Virus record (IMG/VR): IMGVR_UViG_3300046507_000773
Location: 162,811 to 226,810 of that record
Length of the DNA stretch: 64,000 nt
Reading direction: 5' to 3' (one strand)
The notes below the pieces were generated by a model that worked only from the letters and a program-made list of their open reading frames with translations, was not told the DNA's origin and searched no databases. Position 1 is the stretch's first letter. The number at the start of each line of letters is the position of its first letter. Below are positions 48,430 through 57,598 of this stretch, in pieces. A program made the position numbers and the translations under genes.

Positions 48430-48951
48430 ATGGCAAACCGTGACTTCACCAAGAGCGACGTACAGATCCTCCTGGACCAAATCAACGAAGACAACACCTC
48501 GGCACTGACCATCGCGCTGGTGTCGTTCGGCGCAGTCGCTACCGACAACGGCGGCGTGCGCAACTCGAAGATCAGCGCAACCGCGCTGGCTGGCTCGGGC
48601 TACAGCGGCTCGGTCGACTTCCTGTACAACCGCGTGGACCTGGCGACCATTCCTGGCGCCCGTTCGACCGTGTTCCAGGCTGGCGATGCAACCAACCTGT
48701 CGGACCTGATCGACGAGATCAACGTCGCGTACCAGCTGAACCTGACCGCCGCCGACTTCGTCGACGCGCCGATCCCGGCTTTCCCTGGCGCTGAGCCGCA
48801 CGAAACCCAGACCATCGACCTGGTCGCCAAGGCTGGCTCGCTGATCTTCGTCGGCACGCTGACCCTGACCATCGACGCGAACGACATCCCGCTGAGCAAC
48901 GTCGTGACTACGACCACGCTGAACGGCCTGACCTACACCCAGCCGGCGTAA
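48430..48951 (+). CDS. Fibre/pilin-like virion protein, paralog 3 (likely most abundant)
   Basis: LLDQINEDN...GSGYSGSVDFLYNR; ends TTTTLNGLTY; strongest codon bias of the group; upstream TATG and downstream hairpins. Confidence 0.7.
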   Translation: MANRDFTKSDVQILLDQINEDNTSALTIALVSFGAVATDNGGVRNSKISATALAGSGYSGSVDFLYNRVDLATIPGARSTVFQAGDATNLSDLIDEINVAYQLNLTAADFVDAPIPAFPGAEPHETQTIDLVAKAGSLIFVGTLTLTIDANDIPLSNVVTTTTLNGLTYTQPA

Positions 48952-49010
48952 GCTAGGCATCGGGGTGTTCTAACCAACACCCCGTAACGGTTTCAAGTCA
49001 TTGACCGCTA

Positions 49011-49042
49011 CGAGGGGGCCTCCGGGCTCCCTCGTTTATGTC
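49011..49042 (+). terminator. Terminator
   Basis: CGAGGGGGCC-TCCG-GGCTCCCTCG then TTTATG; extra hairpin at 48962-48983. Confidence 0.65.
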
Positions 49043-49105
49043 AGCTGGGTAAGTTGTTCGCTTCATCCGTATCAACATCGATTCATTTAAGGAAAGAGAA
49101 AAGCA

Positions 49106-50224
49106 ATGGCTGACCTCGACACCCTCGAACAACAGTTCGAAGATTCCGTCAACATCATCAAGCAGGTTGCAAACGGTGACGAAACCACCACTGTCAACCT
49201 GCCGAGTGGCGGTACCGTACGTTCCCTGCGCAAACTGCAAAAGGACGCCCAAGACGAACTGGACACGGCAGTTGACCTGTTCGGCGCCAACAAAGTGGAC
49301 AAATCGTCCGCCAACGCAGCTGACGGCTTCGTCGGCCTGGTCGGCTTCAAAGCCGTGCTCATGAATGCAGCCGGCGCCTTCAAGGCTCTGCTGTCGTTCG
49401 CTGGCACCGCTGACCGTGCTATCGGCTTCCAGGACAAGGACGGCACCGTCGCCTTCGTCTCGGACATCACCGATCGCATGGGCGTGGCCAATGGCCTGGC
49501 AACCCTGGACGGCAACGGTCTCATCCCTGCAGTTCAGCTGCCGAGCTACGTCGATGACGTCATCGAAGTCGCTACCAAGGCAGCTCTGCCGGCGACTGGC
49601 GAAGCTGGCAAGATCTACATCGTGCTGGCCGACGAATCCCGTTCGAACACGCTGAGCCAATATCGCTGGGGCGGTTCCGCTTACAGCCGTATCGTCTCGG
49701 CTCCAGGTTCGACCGACGAAGTCGCTGAAGGCGCAAGCAACAAGTACTTCACCGAAAGCCGCGTGCTGGCCGCCATCCTGGCTGGCTTCTCGACTGCGAC
49801 CAACGCAGCCGTGACCGCCGCTGATTCGGTGCTGGTTGCCATCGGCAAACTGCAGGCACAAGTGACGGCAGTGCTGGCTTACGCCAAGACCTACGACTTC
49901 CATGGCTTCGTGCCGGGGAAGCCGACTGCTTCGGCTACGCTGCTGTTCGTCCGTGCTGGTCGTGCCTTTACGCTGCCTGCCGGTCTGACCGGTTCGCAGT
50001 TCAAGGCCAAGACCGCAGCTACCGCGTCGACCACCATCACGCTGTACAAGAATGGTGCGGCATTCGGCACCCTCGTGTGGGCTGCCGGTGGTGTTACCCC
50101 GACCGTTACCGCGGCTTCGGCAACTTCGTTCGCTGCTGGCGACGAGCTGACCGTCGTGGCTCCGGCTACCCAGGATACCACCCTGGCCGATGTGGCTCTG
50201 ACCCTGTTGGGCTCGCAGAACTAA
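49106..50224 (+). CDS. Tail/fibre protein 1
   Basis: N-terminal NGD..T.V...G...SL.KL anchor, LPSYVDDV fibre module, beta-rich C-terminal domain. Confidence 0.75.
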   Translation: MADLDTLEQQFEDSVNIIKQVANGDETTTVNLPSGGTVRSLRKLQKDAQDELDTAVDLFGANKVDKSSANAADGFVGLVGFKAVLMNAAGAFKALLSFAGTADRAIGFQDKDGTVAFVSDITDRMGVANGLATLDGNGLIPAVQLPSYVDDVIEVATKAALPATGEAGKIYIVLADESRSNTLSQYRWGGSAYSRIVSAPGSTDEVAEGASNKYFTESRVLAAILAGFSTATNAAVTAADSVLVAIGKLQAQVTAVLAYAKTYDFHGFVPGKPTASATLLFVRAGRAFTLPAGLTGSQFKAKTAATASTTITLYKNGAAFGTLVWAAGGVTPTVTAASATSFAAGDELTVVAPATQDTTLADVALTLLGSQN

Positions 50225-50240
50225 GCTTAATCGCCGATCA

Positions 50241-50280
50241 TAAAAGGGACAGGTAACCGAAAGGTGCCTGTCCCTTTTTA
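50241..50280 (+). terminator. Terminator between the fibre and the lectin array
   Basis: AAAAGGGACAGGT...GCCTGTCCCTTTT. Confidence 0.8.
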
Positions 50281-50301
50281 TTTGTCTCTTTAGGAAAAAC
50301 C

Positions 50302-51009
50302 ATGAGTTCCAATTTGATCCAATTGTTTTCCCAAGGTCTGTACGGACCTAGCGACCCTTACTGGGATAAGGTGATCGCTCTCCTGCACATGGACGGTGCC
50401 ATTGGTTCACAAAGCATCGTGGACCTGAAAGGGCATGCATTCTCCACTCCAGCGGGTACGGGAGTGAAAATGGTCGCAGATGCTGACGCTACTAATGGCG
50501 TTGCAGCAAACTTCGACGGCAGTGCCAACAGCTGGATTTCGAGCGCCACTGGTCTTGCAGACTACCAGTTCCACAAAGAAGACTTCACCATGGAAGCCTT
50601 CATCAATCAAAAACTGCGTTCGGCTGTCTCCCCAATCATTGCGATGGGTTACTCGCAAGCCAATGCGGGCCTGATCCTGTACGTAAATGCAAACGGCTAT
50701 CTGGACGGCTCATCCGGGCAATACAACTACCTCATCGCAAGCGGTTTGGTCGTACCACTTAACACGCGGGTTCACGTAGCCCTGACGCGTAAAGTCGGCG
50801 TTATGTCGTGCTGGCTTAACGGCCAGTTGGCAGGTCAGATTACGACCATGGAAAGTTTCGACATGTCCGATGGTCTTCTCGATATTGGCGGAACTCGTCC
50901 GGACGCTTATCGTTTCAACGGTACGATCGATGAGGTCCGTGTCACTCGCGGCGTGTCTCGTTATAACCAGCCATTCACGCCGCCTACTGGTCCGTGGCCG
51001 GAACACTAA
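50302..51009 (+). CDS. LamG/concanavalin-A-like lectin-fold protein, tip module 1
   Basis: MSSNLI start; DPYW..V..LLHMDG, DFTME, HVALTR, IDEVRVTRGVSRY. Confidence 0.8.
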   Translation: MSSNLIQLFSQGLYGPSDPYWDKVIALLHMDGAIGSQSIVDLKGHAFSTPAGTGVKMVADADATNGVAANFDGSANSWISSATGLADYQFHKEDFTMEAFINQKLRSAVSPIIAMGYSQANAGLILYVNANGYLDGSSGQYNYLIASGLVVPLNTRVHVALTRKVGVMSCWLNGQLAGQITTMESFDMSDGLLDIGGTRPDAYRFNGTIDEVRVTRGVSRYNQPFTPPTGPWPEH

Positions 51010-51018
51010 GGAAAAAAC

Positions 51019-51762
51019 ATGAGCTCCAACACAATCATTTTAGGTGGTGGCTACCTTTTGGACTATGATCCTTTTTGGAGTTCGGTAGTTGCCCTATGTC
51101 ATTTCGACGGCACCAATGGCTCCAGGGTATTTACCGAGGAGAAGGGTCATGCCATGTACTATGCTGGTAACGCAGCCTTAAGCGCGAACCAGAGCCTTTA
51201 TGGCGATACTTCTGCATATCTGGCAGGTAGTGGCGACTACTTCGCCATCAGTGCCAGTAATAACGGCAACGGTAGCGACTTCTCGCTCGCTAGCGACGAC
51301 TTCACTCTTGAGATCGCTTACCGTCATGCTCCTAATACCTGGGGTAAGATTGTCGGCAACTATCAATGGCAGGCAGGCTATAGGGGCGGTTGGTACTTGG
51401 GTGCAGGTACTGACGGCAGTCTGGCCTTTGTTACTTCCACCACACTCGTTAGTGGCGGTGCAGGAACAATTAAAGATGGCCAGTGGAATCGCATCGCTGT
51501 GGTTCGTCGGGGTACCACCTTCTATCTCTACGTCGAAGGCGTTCTGGTGGCTCAGGCTGTTCCTGCTGCGCCGACCCAAAACATTCCTGATCCAGGTACT
51601 GCTTGGGCGAAGAACCTCCGCTTCGGTTGCAAGATCACTGATGGCGCCAGCTTCGATGATTTCCTTCCGGGCTATTACGACGAATTCCGTTTGACCCGCG
51701 GCGTTGCCCGTTATTTGGGAAATAGCTATTCCCTGGCAGCTGCGGGATTCCCTAACAAGTAA
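51019..51762 (+). CDS. LamG-like protein, tip module 2
   Basis: MSSNTI; DPFW, HFDG, DFTLE, DEFRLTRGVARY. Confidence 0.8.
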   Translation: MSSNTIILGGGYLLDYDPFWSSVVALCHFDGTNGSRVFTEEKGHAMYYAGNAALSANQSLYGDTSAYLAGSGDYFAISASNNGNGSDFSLASDDFTLEIAYRHAPNTWGKIVGNYQWQAGYRGGWYLGAGTDGSLAFVTSTTLVSGGAGTIKDGQWNRIAVVRRGTTFYLYVEGVLVAQAVPAAPTQNIPDPGTAWAKNLRFGCKITDGASFDDFLPGYYDEFRLTRGVARYLGNSYSLAAAGFPNK

Positions 51763-51771
51763 GGAAACAGC

Positions 51772-52521
51772 ATGAGCTCTAACAGCATTCTCCTGGCCCA
51801 ACGGCCAAGCATTTTCGTGCCAGGTAAATCGGTACTGTTCGATGGTGCCGATCACATCCGTCTTGCTTACGATAGTCGCATTGGTGACTTCGGTAATGGC
51901 GAATGGACGATGGAAGGTTTCATCAAGTTCCTCGCAGCTCCAACTGACGATGAAGCGATTATGGCCTTCGGTAACGGTGGCGGTTCCCAGTCGCCCTACC
52001 TTCGACTCTGCTACAGTCCGAGTGGTAATTGCTTCTATGCTGATGAAGCCAATAGCGTTGTCGGTTTGTGGTCGGCAGTCGGTAACACCATCGGCCCGAT
52101 CGACTACAATCACTTCTACCACGTCGTCGCAGAGCGCTACAACGGGCAGATCACACTTTATGTGGACGGCAACTTCGATACGACCAAAGGCGCTTACCGT
52201 AATAGCTACGGTGGCTGGAACAGTGCCAGCTCCGTTCACCAGAGCGGCATGCAGTTGGTTGCAGGTTCACTCGTCTACGGTTCGCGTGGTTTCATTGAAA
52301 CTGCCAACGCTCTGCTCTCGAACCTGCGCGTCACCAAAGGCCGGGCAGTCTACAAAGGTAACTTCACGCCCCCGACTTCGAAACTCGAAGCTGGTGAGGG
52401 CACGACCGTACTGCTGTGCAATTCCGACACCCTCGTTGATGCAAGTCCTTACAACTGGCCGCTGATTCTGGACAACTCGACGCCAACCATCAGCGACGTG
52501 TCACCTTTTGTTTCTAACTGA
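51772..52521 (+). CDS. LamG-like protein, tip module 3
   Basis: MSSNSI; WTMEGF, HVVAER, SNLRVTKGRAVY...FTPP. Confidence 0.78.
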   Translation: MSSNSILLAQRPSIFVPGKSVLFDGADHIRLAYDSRIGDFGNGEWTMEGFIKFLAAPTDDEAIMAFGNGGGSQSPYLRLCYSPSGNCFYADEANSVVGLWSAVGNTIGPIDYNHFYHVVAERYNGQITLYVDGNFDTTKGAYRNSYGGWNSASSVHQSGMQLVAGSLVYGSRGFIETANALLSNLRVTKGRAVYKGNFTPPTSKLEAGEGTTVLLCNSDTLVDASPYNWPLILDNSTPTISDVSPFVSN

Positions 52522-52548
52522 AGCTTATCCTGAACAGTAACAAAGATA

Positions 52549-52578
52549 GGGGTTTGCTCATAAGGCGAACCTCTTTTT
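52549..52578 (+). terminator. Terminator inside the lectin array
   Basis: GGTTTGC-TCATAAG-GCGAACC plus TCTTTTT. Confidence 0.7.
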
Positions 52579-52636
52579 CCAAACCAATAAGAAGAAGACT
52601 ACGCTAGTAGTCCAACTCAGACCCTAGGAAGATAGC

Positions 52637-52729
52637 ATGTCTAACAATTTTATTCAAGTACTGGGTACCCAGTCAGACCCCTTCTGGAACTTCGTCAACG
52701 TGCTGTTGGATTTTGATGGAGTGAAATAG
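52637..52729 (+). pseudogene. 30-aa truncated tip module (MSNNFIQVLGTQSDPFWNFVNVLLDFDGVK)
   Basis: Translated by hand; AGGA SD; keeps the family N-terminal motif and DPFW...FDG, then stops 2 nt before the next paralog. Confidence 0.75.
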
Positions 52730-52731
52730 TC

Positions 52732-53535
52732 ATGAGTTCCAATAGCATCATTCTCGCAGCCATTATCGCTGCTTACCCAGGTTCCAATGAAACGAGCATT
52801 TCCGATCCTTATTGGCAAAATGTTGCTCTCCTGATGCATGCGGACGGAACAGACGCAGCAAATTTCTTTACCGATGCCACAGGTAAGTCGACTCTGACGA
52901 CAGTTGCAGTAGGGTCTTCCAAACCCTATACGAGTACACGAAAGAGTTTTGCTGGTCCCACCAGCGCTTATTTCGATGGCATGGGTGGTCACATCAACTC
53001 GAGTCTGAATCCTGACTTCAGCTTCCCGGCTGGAACAGACTTCACCATTGAGGCATGGGTCAACATGACCAGTCTTGTCGGTTCAGGTCAAGTTCCTCGC
53101 TCCTGTATCATTTTCGGTTTCGATGCCACAAGTGGCGATGGCAGCGGTCCCAGGACTTGGTCGATTTTTGTCAGTAACAATGGTGCTCTAATTTTCGAAA
53201 ATGCTGCTTCTGACGGATCGCGCAATTTTGCTATGTCCTCGGCGGCTGCGGCCATTAGGGTTAATAGCTGGCAACATGTTGCGATCGTTCGCAAGGGTAC
53301 TACGATGTACATGTTCATTGATGGCAGGTCCATTGCGTTCACGAAGAGCGGACCTGCCAGTGTGAATGTGGATGTATTAAGCTCTGGCTATATCCGCTTG
53401 GGACGCCTGTACACCTCTAGCGATTGGGATTATCGCCTCAACGGCTACATTGACGAGGTGCGCATTACTAAAGGCGTGGCTCGTTATAGTGCCGATTTCA
53501 CTCCTCCACCAGGGGCATTTGCCAACAACGCTTAA
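52732..53535 (+). CDS. LamG-like protein, tip module 4
   Basis: MSSNSI; DPYW, DFTIEAWV, WQHVAIVR, IDEVRITKGVARY. Confidence 0.8.
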   Translation: MSSNSIILAAIIAAYPGSNETSISDPYWQNVALLMHADGTDAANFFTDATGKSTLTTVAVGSSKPYTSTRKSFAGPTSAYFDGMGGHINSSLNPDFSFPAGTDFTIEAWVNMTSLVGSGQVPRSCIIFGFDATSGDGSGPRTWSIFVSNNGALIFENAASDGSRNFAMSSAAAAIRVNSWQHVAIVRKGTTMYMFIDGRSIAFTKSGPASVNVDVLSSGYIRLGRLYTSSDWDYRLNGYIDEVRITKGVARYSADFTPPPGAFANNA

Positions 53536-53560
53536 GTACTGTTTATTCTAGGAAGATATC

Positions 53561-54268
53561 ATGTCTAACAATAGCATCATCACCCCAGGCCTCTTTGCCA
53601 CGGCGTATGGTCCGAACCTGTTTGATCCCGACCATGACCCGTATTGGAATAAGGTTGCGACCCTTATGCATTTCGACGGAGCCCAAGGTAACTCCTCCTT
53701 CGTCGATGTGAAAGGTCGCCCCATCACCAACTACGGCGTAATTACCGATTTGGGAAATCCAGCAATTGCTCCATCAACAGCCTACTTCGGTGGTGCCGCC
53801 CAGGCTATGATCATTAGTCAGGTGGATGACAACCAGACCGGTGACTTCACGATTGAATGGTTCGGTAAGTGGGAGACCATCGGCAACTGTACCCTGTTCG
53901 ATACTCGCCCGCAGTCCACCAATGGTCCATACATGGACTTTTTCTACTCCAGTGGTGGTGTCGGTATCTGGTTTAACAATGCAACTGCAGTGTATGCTGC
54001 TTTTGTACCTGCGCAGAATAGGACCTATCACCTTGCATTGTCTCGTAAAGGTGGAATTATTCGCTTCTTCATCGACGGCGCGATCTACTTCACCTGGAAC
54101 TATGCTGGTGTCGTGGCCATCCCTCGTTTCTTCTTGGGTGGCAACGGATACAACCAGGCACAGGACTGGTACAAAGGCCGCATGAGTGAATTCCGTTATA
54201 CCAAAGGTGTCGGTCGTTATGAGAATTCGTTCATTCCAGTCTACGCACGCTTCCCAGCTTCACTGTAA
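53561..54268 (+). CDS. LamG-like protein, tip module 5
   Basis: MSNNSI; DPYW, HFDG, DFTIE, EFRYTKGVGRY. Confidence 0.8.
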   Translation: MSNNSIITPGLFATAYGPNLFDPDHDPYWNKVATLMHFDGAQGNSSFVDVKGRPITNYGVITDLGNPAIAPSTAYFGGAAQAMIISQVDDNQTGDFTIEWFGKWETIGNCTLFDTRPQSTNGPYMDFFYSSGGVGIWFNNATAVYAAFVPAQNRTYHLALSRKGGIIRFFIDGAIYFTWNYAGVVAIPRFFLGGNGYNQAQDWYKGRMSEFRYTKGVGRYENSFIPVYARFPASL

Positions 54269-54276
54269 GGATTTGT

Positions 54277-54981
54277 ATGTCTAACAATACCATCATTACT
54301 CCAGGCCTGTTTGCGCTGGGAGCTGCGAACAATCTTTTCGACCCCAACCACGATCCCTACTGGAATAAGGTAGCAACCCTGATGCACTTTGACGGCGCGC
54401 AGGGTAACAGCGTCTTCACGGATGTGAAAGGGCGTGGCGTTACCAACTCTGGCGTCATCACTGATCTGGGTAGCCCGGCAATTGCTCCTGCATCGGCGTA
54501 CTTCAACGGCAGTTCGGGCATGTCGATTGCCCAGGCAGATGACAACCAGACGGGTGATTTTACGGTCGAATTCTTCGCAAAATGGGAAACGATCACAAAT
54601 TGCTCGCTGGTCGATAGTCGACCCCTGAGCAACAATGGCGCGTTTTTGGACTTCTTCTACTATTCAGGGTCATTTGGTATTTACATGAATAGCACCACCC
54701 AAGCTGCGGCAGCATACGCAGTTACGCTCAATAAAACTTACCACGTTGCAGTGTCGCGTAAGAGTGGTGTCGTTCGCATGTTCCTGGATGGCGTGTTGCT
54801 CTTTACCTGGAACTATGCTGGTGTACTGTCGATGCCTCGCTTCTTCCTGGGCGGTAACGGTTATAATCAGTCCATCGAATTCTTCAAAGGGCGCATGAGT
54901 GAATTCCGCTACACCAAAGGCGTGGGTCGTTACGAAAATCCGTTCGTGCCGGTGTACGCACGCTTCCCAGCATCCCTCTAA
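54277..54981 (+). CDS. LamG-like protein, tip module 6 (recent duplicate of module 5)
   Basis: Near-identical ends to 53561 (ends VYARFPASL). Confidence 0.8.
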   Translation: MSNNTIITPGLFALGAANNLFDPNHDPYWNKVATLMHFDGAQGNSVFTDVKGRGVTNSGVITDLGSPAIAPASAYFNGSSGMSIAQADDNQTGDFTVEFFAKWETITNCSLVDSRPLSNNGAFLDFFYYSGSFGIYMNSTTQAAAAYAVTLNKTYHVAVSRKSGVVRMFLDGVLLFTWNYAGVLSMPRFFLGGNGYNQSIEFFKGRMSEFRYTKGVGRYENPFVPVYARFPASL

Positions 54982-54995
54982 ACAAAGGAATTACC

Positions 54996-55715
54996 ATGGC
55001 TTGCAATCTCATCCAAATTGCAGCAGTATTGTCAACTCTTGTCTATCCCGGCATTCAACCTACACTGAGTCAGCTCATGGTGTTGGCCCACATGGATGGT
55101 GCCAATGGGACATTAGCGAGCGGTAACATTGCCGAGCGTGGTGTGGTTACAGGCACCAATGCAGTCTATACAACGGCAACGAAAGCATTCGGTAGCGCCT
55201 CGATGGATTTTCAAGGCGGCGGTAGTCACTATCTGAGTGCTGACCTGAGCTCTAGTCTCATCGGCTCTGTTGACTTCACCTTAGAAATAATGGTGCGGCT
55301 AAAGTCGTACAACACGACGGCCGGCGGTTACTCCGGTATCATGGCGGGCGGCGCCGGTAACACGGGCCTGTGTCTTTACGTAAAGTCCGACGGTACCGTT
55401 GTATTGGCGGATGTTCAATCTGCTCGCCTTAGCACGGTTGCAGGTACTGTGAAACTGGGCGTTTGGACGCACATCGCTCTCACTCGCTCTGGCAGTACAT
55501 TCGTGATCTGGGTCGATGGCAAAACCGCGGCAACTGGTAACTTGGCCAATTGGCAAATTCTGACAAACTCCCTTGCTTTAGGCTTTACCGCAGTTGCGGG
55601 TTCGGGCTATTACATGGATGGCTTCATTGATGAATTTCGCTACTGTAAAGGACTGGCTGTGTATAGCCAGCCTTTTACGCCACCCACTCAGCCTTTCATT
55701 ATTCCATCCGCTTAA
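54996..55715 (+). CDS. LamG-like protein, tip module 7
   Basis: MACNLI; HMDG, DFTLE, WTHIALTR, IDEFRY. Confidence 0.78.
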   Translation: MACNLIQIAAVLSTLVYPGIQPTLSQLMVLAHMDGANGTLASGNIAERGVVTGTNAVYTTATKAFGSASMDFQGGGSHYLSADLSSSLIGSVDFTLEIMVRLKSYNTTAGGYSGIMAGGAGNTGLCLYVKSDGTVVLADVQSARLSTVAGTVKLGVWTHIALTRSGSTFVIWVDGKTAATGNLANWQILTNSLALGFTAVAGSGYYMDGFIDEFRYCKGLAVYSQPFTPPTQPFIIPSA

Positions 55716-55724
55716 GGACGCAGC

Positions 55725-56291
55725 ATGTCTAACAACAGTATCATCATTTCCGGTGCAGGAGTCGGCGTGAGCAAAAACGGTGCCATGGCACTGGGCGGAA
55801 CGTTCGATCCAGCATGGACTGCAAGCGGTGTGTCGTACTCTGCCGATCTCTTGACTGCCTCGATCGGTGGCAGTAAGACCACCGGTAGTACTCAGCACAT
55901 CACGGCCGGTAAGACCTACTTCGAAATGACAGTCACCGATTGGCCTACTCGCTATGGACCAATCATTGGTATTGCACCTGCAGCGACAGCTGTCGATGGT
56001 TATACTACACCGGGCGCGGTCGCTATCTGGCTGGTAGATGGAGGTTCAGTCAATCTCTACGACTCCGGCGGCCAAGTAGGCGCCTTCCCGAATGTCAACT
56101 TCGGCCTGAACGATACCGTTGGCTTCATGGTTGATTTGGATGGCGACGTTATCGCTATTTACAAGAACGGAGTCCCAACAGGCATTACTCATCCGATCAC
56201 GGGCAGTGATTATCTGGCATTCGCATCGTCAGCAGGCGGCGCTTATCCGGTAACAGTGACTGCCAACTTCGGCGCTAAGTCATTCTTGTAA
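55725..56291 (+). CDS. SPRY/B30.2-like protein, tip module 8
   Basis: MSNNSI; GKTYFEMTV, GIA, DTVGFMVDLD, YKNG, ANFG. Confidence 0.75.
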   Translation: MSNNSIIISGAGVGVSKNGAMALGGTFDPAWTASGVSYSADLLTASIGGSKTTGSTQHITAGKTYFEMTVTDWPTRYGPIIGIAPAATAVDGYTTPGAVAIWLVDGGSVNLYDSGGQVGAFPNVNFGLNDTVGFMVDLDGDVIAIYKNGVPTGITHPITGSDYLAFASSAGGAYPVTVTANFGAKSFL

Positions 56292-56300
56292 GGAGACTCC

Positions 56301-56948
56301 GTGTCTAGTAATTCGATTATCCTGGCGCAAGCGCAACTTGCGGCAGATCTGAAAACTGTTTTGCTGATGCACTTTCAGAACACTTACGCTGACGATACCG
56401 GCAAAACTGTCACTGTAAGTGGCAGTCCCATCTTCAGTGGTGGTGCAACTGCCGGCACGCAGTGTCTGCGCCTCATTGGTTCTGAAAATCTTTCGGTCGG
56501 TCCACACAGTGATTTCATCTTCGGCAATGATGACTTCACGATGGAATGTTTCCTCTACAACACGCAGCAAACCTCTAGCGGTGTTGAGAATCTCATTAGT
56601 CTGTCTAACGGCACAGCCGGCATTGGGATGGGCTACTATCCAGGCAACAATCTCGTCTACCTGGCCAGTGGAACAACTGTACTGGCTACGGCAGCTTTGG
56701 GTTCAGCCACCAACTGGCCTCACGTTGCCTACAGCAGAAAAGGAAACGTGGGTCGTCTCTTCATCCGTGGCGTAAAGGTTGCCGAGGTTGCCGATAATTC
56801 ACCTATCAACAGTGGCATGTGTACTGTTGGTAAGGCGTCGGTCGGTGGTCCGTATAACTGGTACGGCTATCTCGATGAAGTGCGAGTATCGAAAGGTGCT
56901 CGTTACTGGGATAACTTCGCAGCACCCGTGGCTCCTTTGAGTCTTTAA
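56301..56948 (+). CDS. LamG-like protein, tip module 9 (GTG start)
   Basis: SD AAGGAG; (M)SSNSIIL; DFTMECF, HVAYSR, LDEVRVSKG. Confidence 0.78.
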   Translation: MSSNSIILAQAQLAADLKTVLLMHFQNTYADDTGKTVTVSGSPIFSGGATAGTQCLRLIGSENLSVGPHSDFIFGNDDFTMECFLYNTQQTSSGVENLISLSNGTAGIGMGYYPGNNLVYLASGTTVLATAALGSATNWPHVAYSRKGNVGRLFIRGVKVAEVADNSPINSGMCTVGKASVGGPYNWYGYLDEVRVSKGARYWDNFAAPVAPLSL

Positions 56949-56955
56949 GCATCTG

Positions 56956-56983
56956 GCCCTCCCTTCGGGGAGGGTTTTTATGC
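56956..56983 (+). terminator. Terminator ending the lectin array
   Basis: CCCTCCC-TTCG-GGGAGGG then TTTTTATG. Confidence 0.8.
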
Positions 56984-57089
56984 TCATCAGTATTTTTTGC
57001 TTTATCGTATGTTGCTGGAACAGCTCCTTTTTATCCAGGTAAAAAAGTTGCTTTGGTGACATCTTTTTATAACCACGAGGAAATGCCGA

Positions 57090-57587
57090 ATGACTACGGC
57101 TAAAGACTTGCTGTTTCAGTTAATCAACGAGTCCAATCATTCCAAGCATCCTTTGAACAACAATGACGTGTCCTTCAGTGACCCACAATTGGATATCAGC
57201 ACAGCAAAGAATTCTAAAATCCAGCTCACTGCACGACCCGGCTCAGGTTACAAAGGAAGTATTTGGATATCCTACAGTCGAGAATCATTAGGGAATGTAC
57301 ATCTTCCGACCCAAATCCTGTCGGAAGTTACGTTCACCGTCGAAAGTATTTTGGCAGCCCTAAACGCAAAGCTGCTTGTCCCGATCACGCTTGAAGATCT
57401 GGAACCTTTCACACTCCCTCTCCTGAACGTCGGTGATATCCTCACCCTCGATCTCTCGGCCCGTAGTGGATCTTTGGCATGGATTGCCGCTACAACGATT
57501 TCGCTCTTGTACGGCCTCCCGCCCAACATTGACGATGTGTACACAATTTTCAATTCGGAACTACCCGTCAAATTTCCACCTAAATAA
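57090..57587 (+). CDS. Fibre-base/adaptor protein, paralog 4
   Basis: LFQLINESN...NSKI...GSGYKGSIWISYSR. Confidence 0.65.
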   Translation: MTTAKDLLFQLINESNHSKHPLNNNDVSFSDPQLDISTAKNSKIQLTARPGSGYKGSIWISYSRESLGNVHLPTQILSEVTFTVESILAALNAKLLVPITLEDLEPFTLPLLNVGDILTLDLSARSGSLAWIAATTISLLYGLPPNIDDVYTIFNSELPVKFPPK

Positions 57588-57598
57588 CGAGGGAATAA

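Noticed and set aside
39217-52606. GACTACGCTA in two spacers and GACTACG at 24311 as a regulatory motif
   Set aside because: Short, GACTAC is common in this genome, and spacing to start codons is inconsistent
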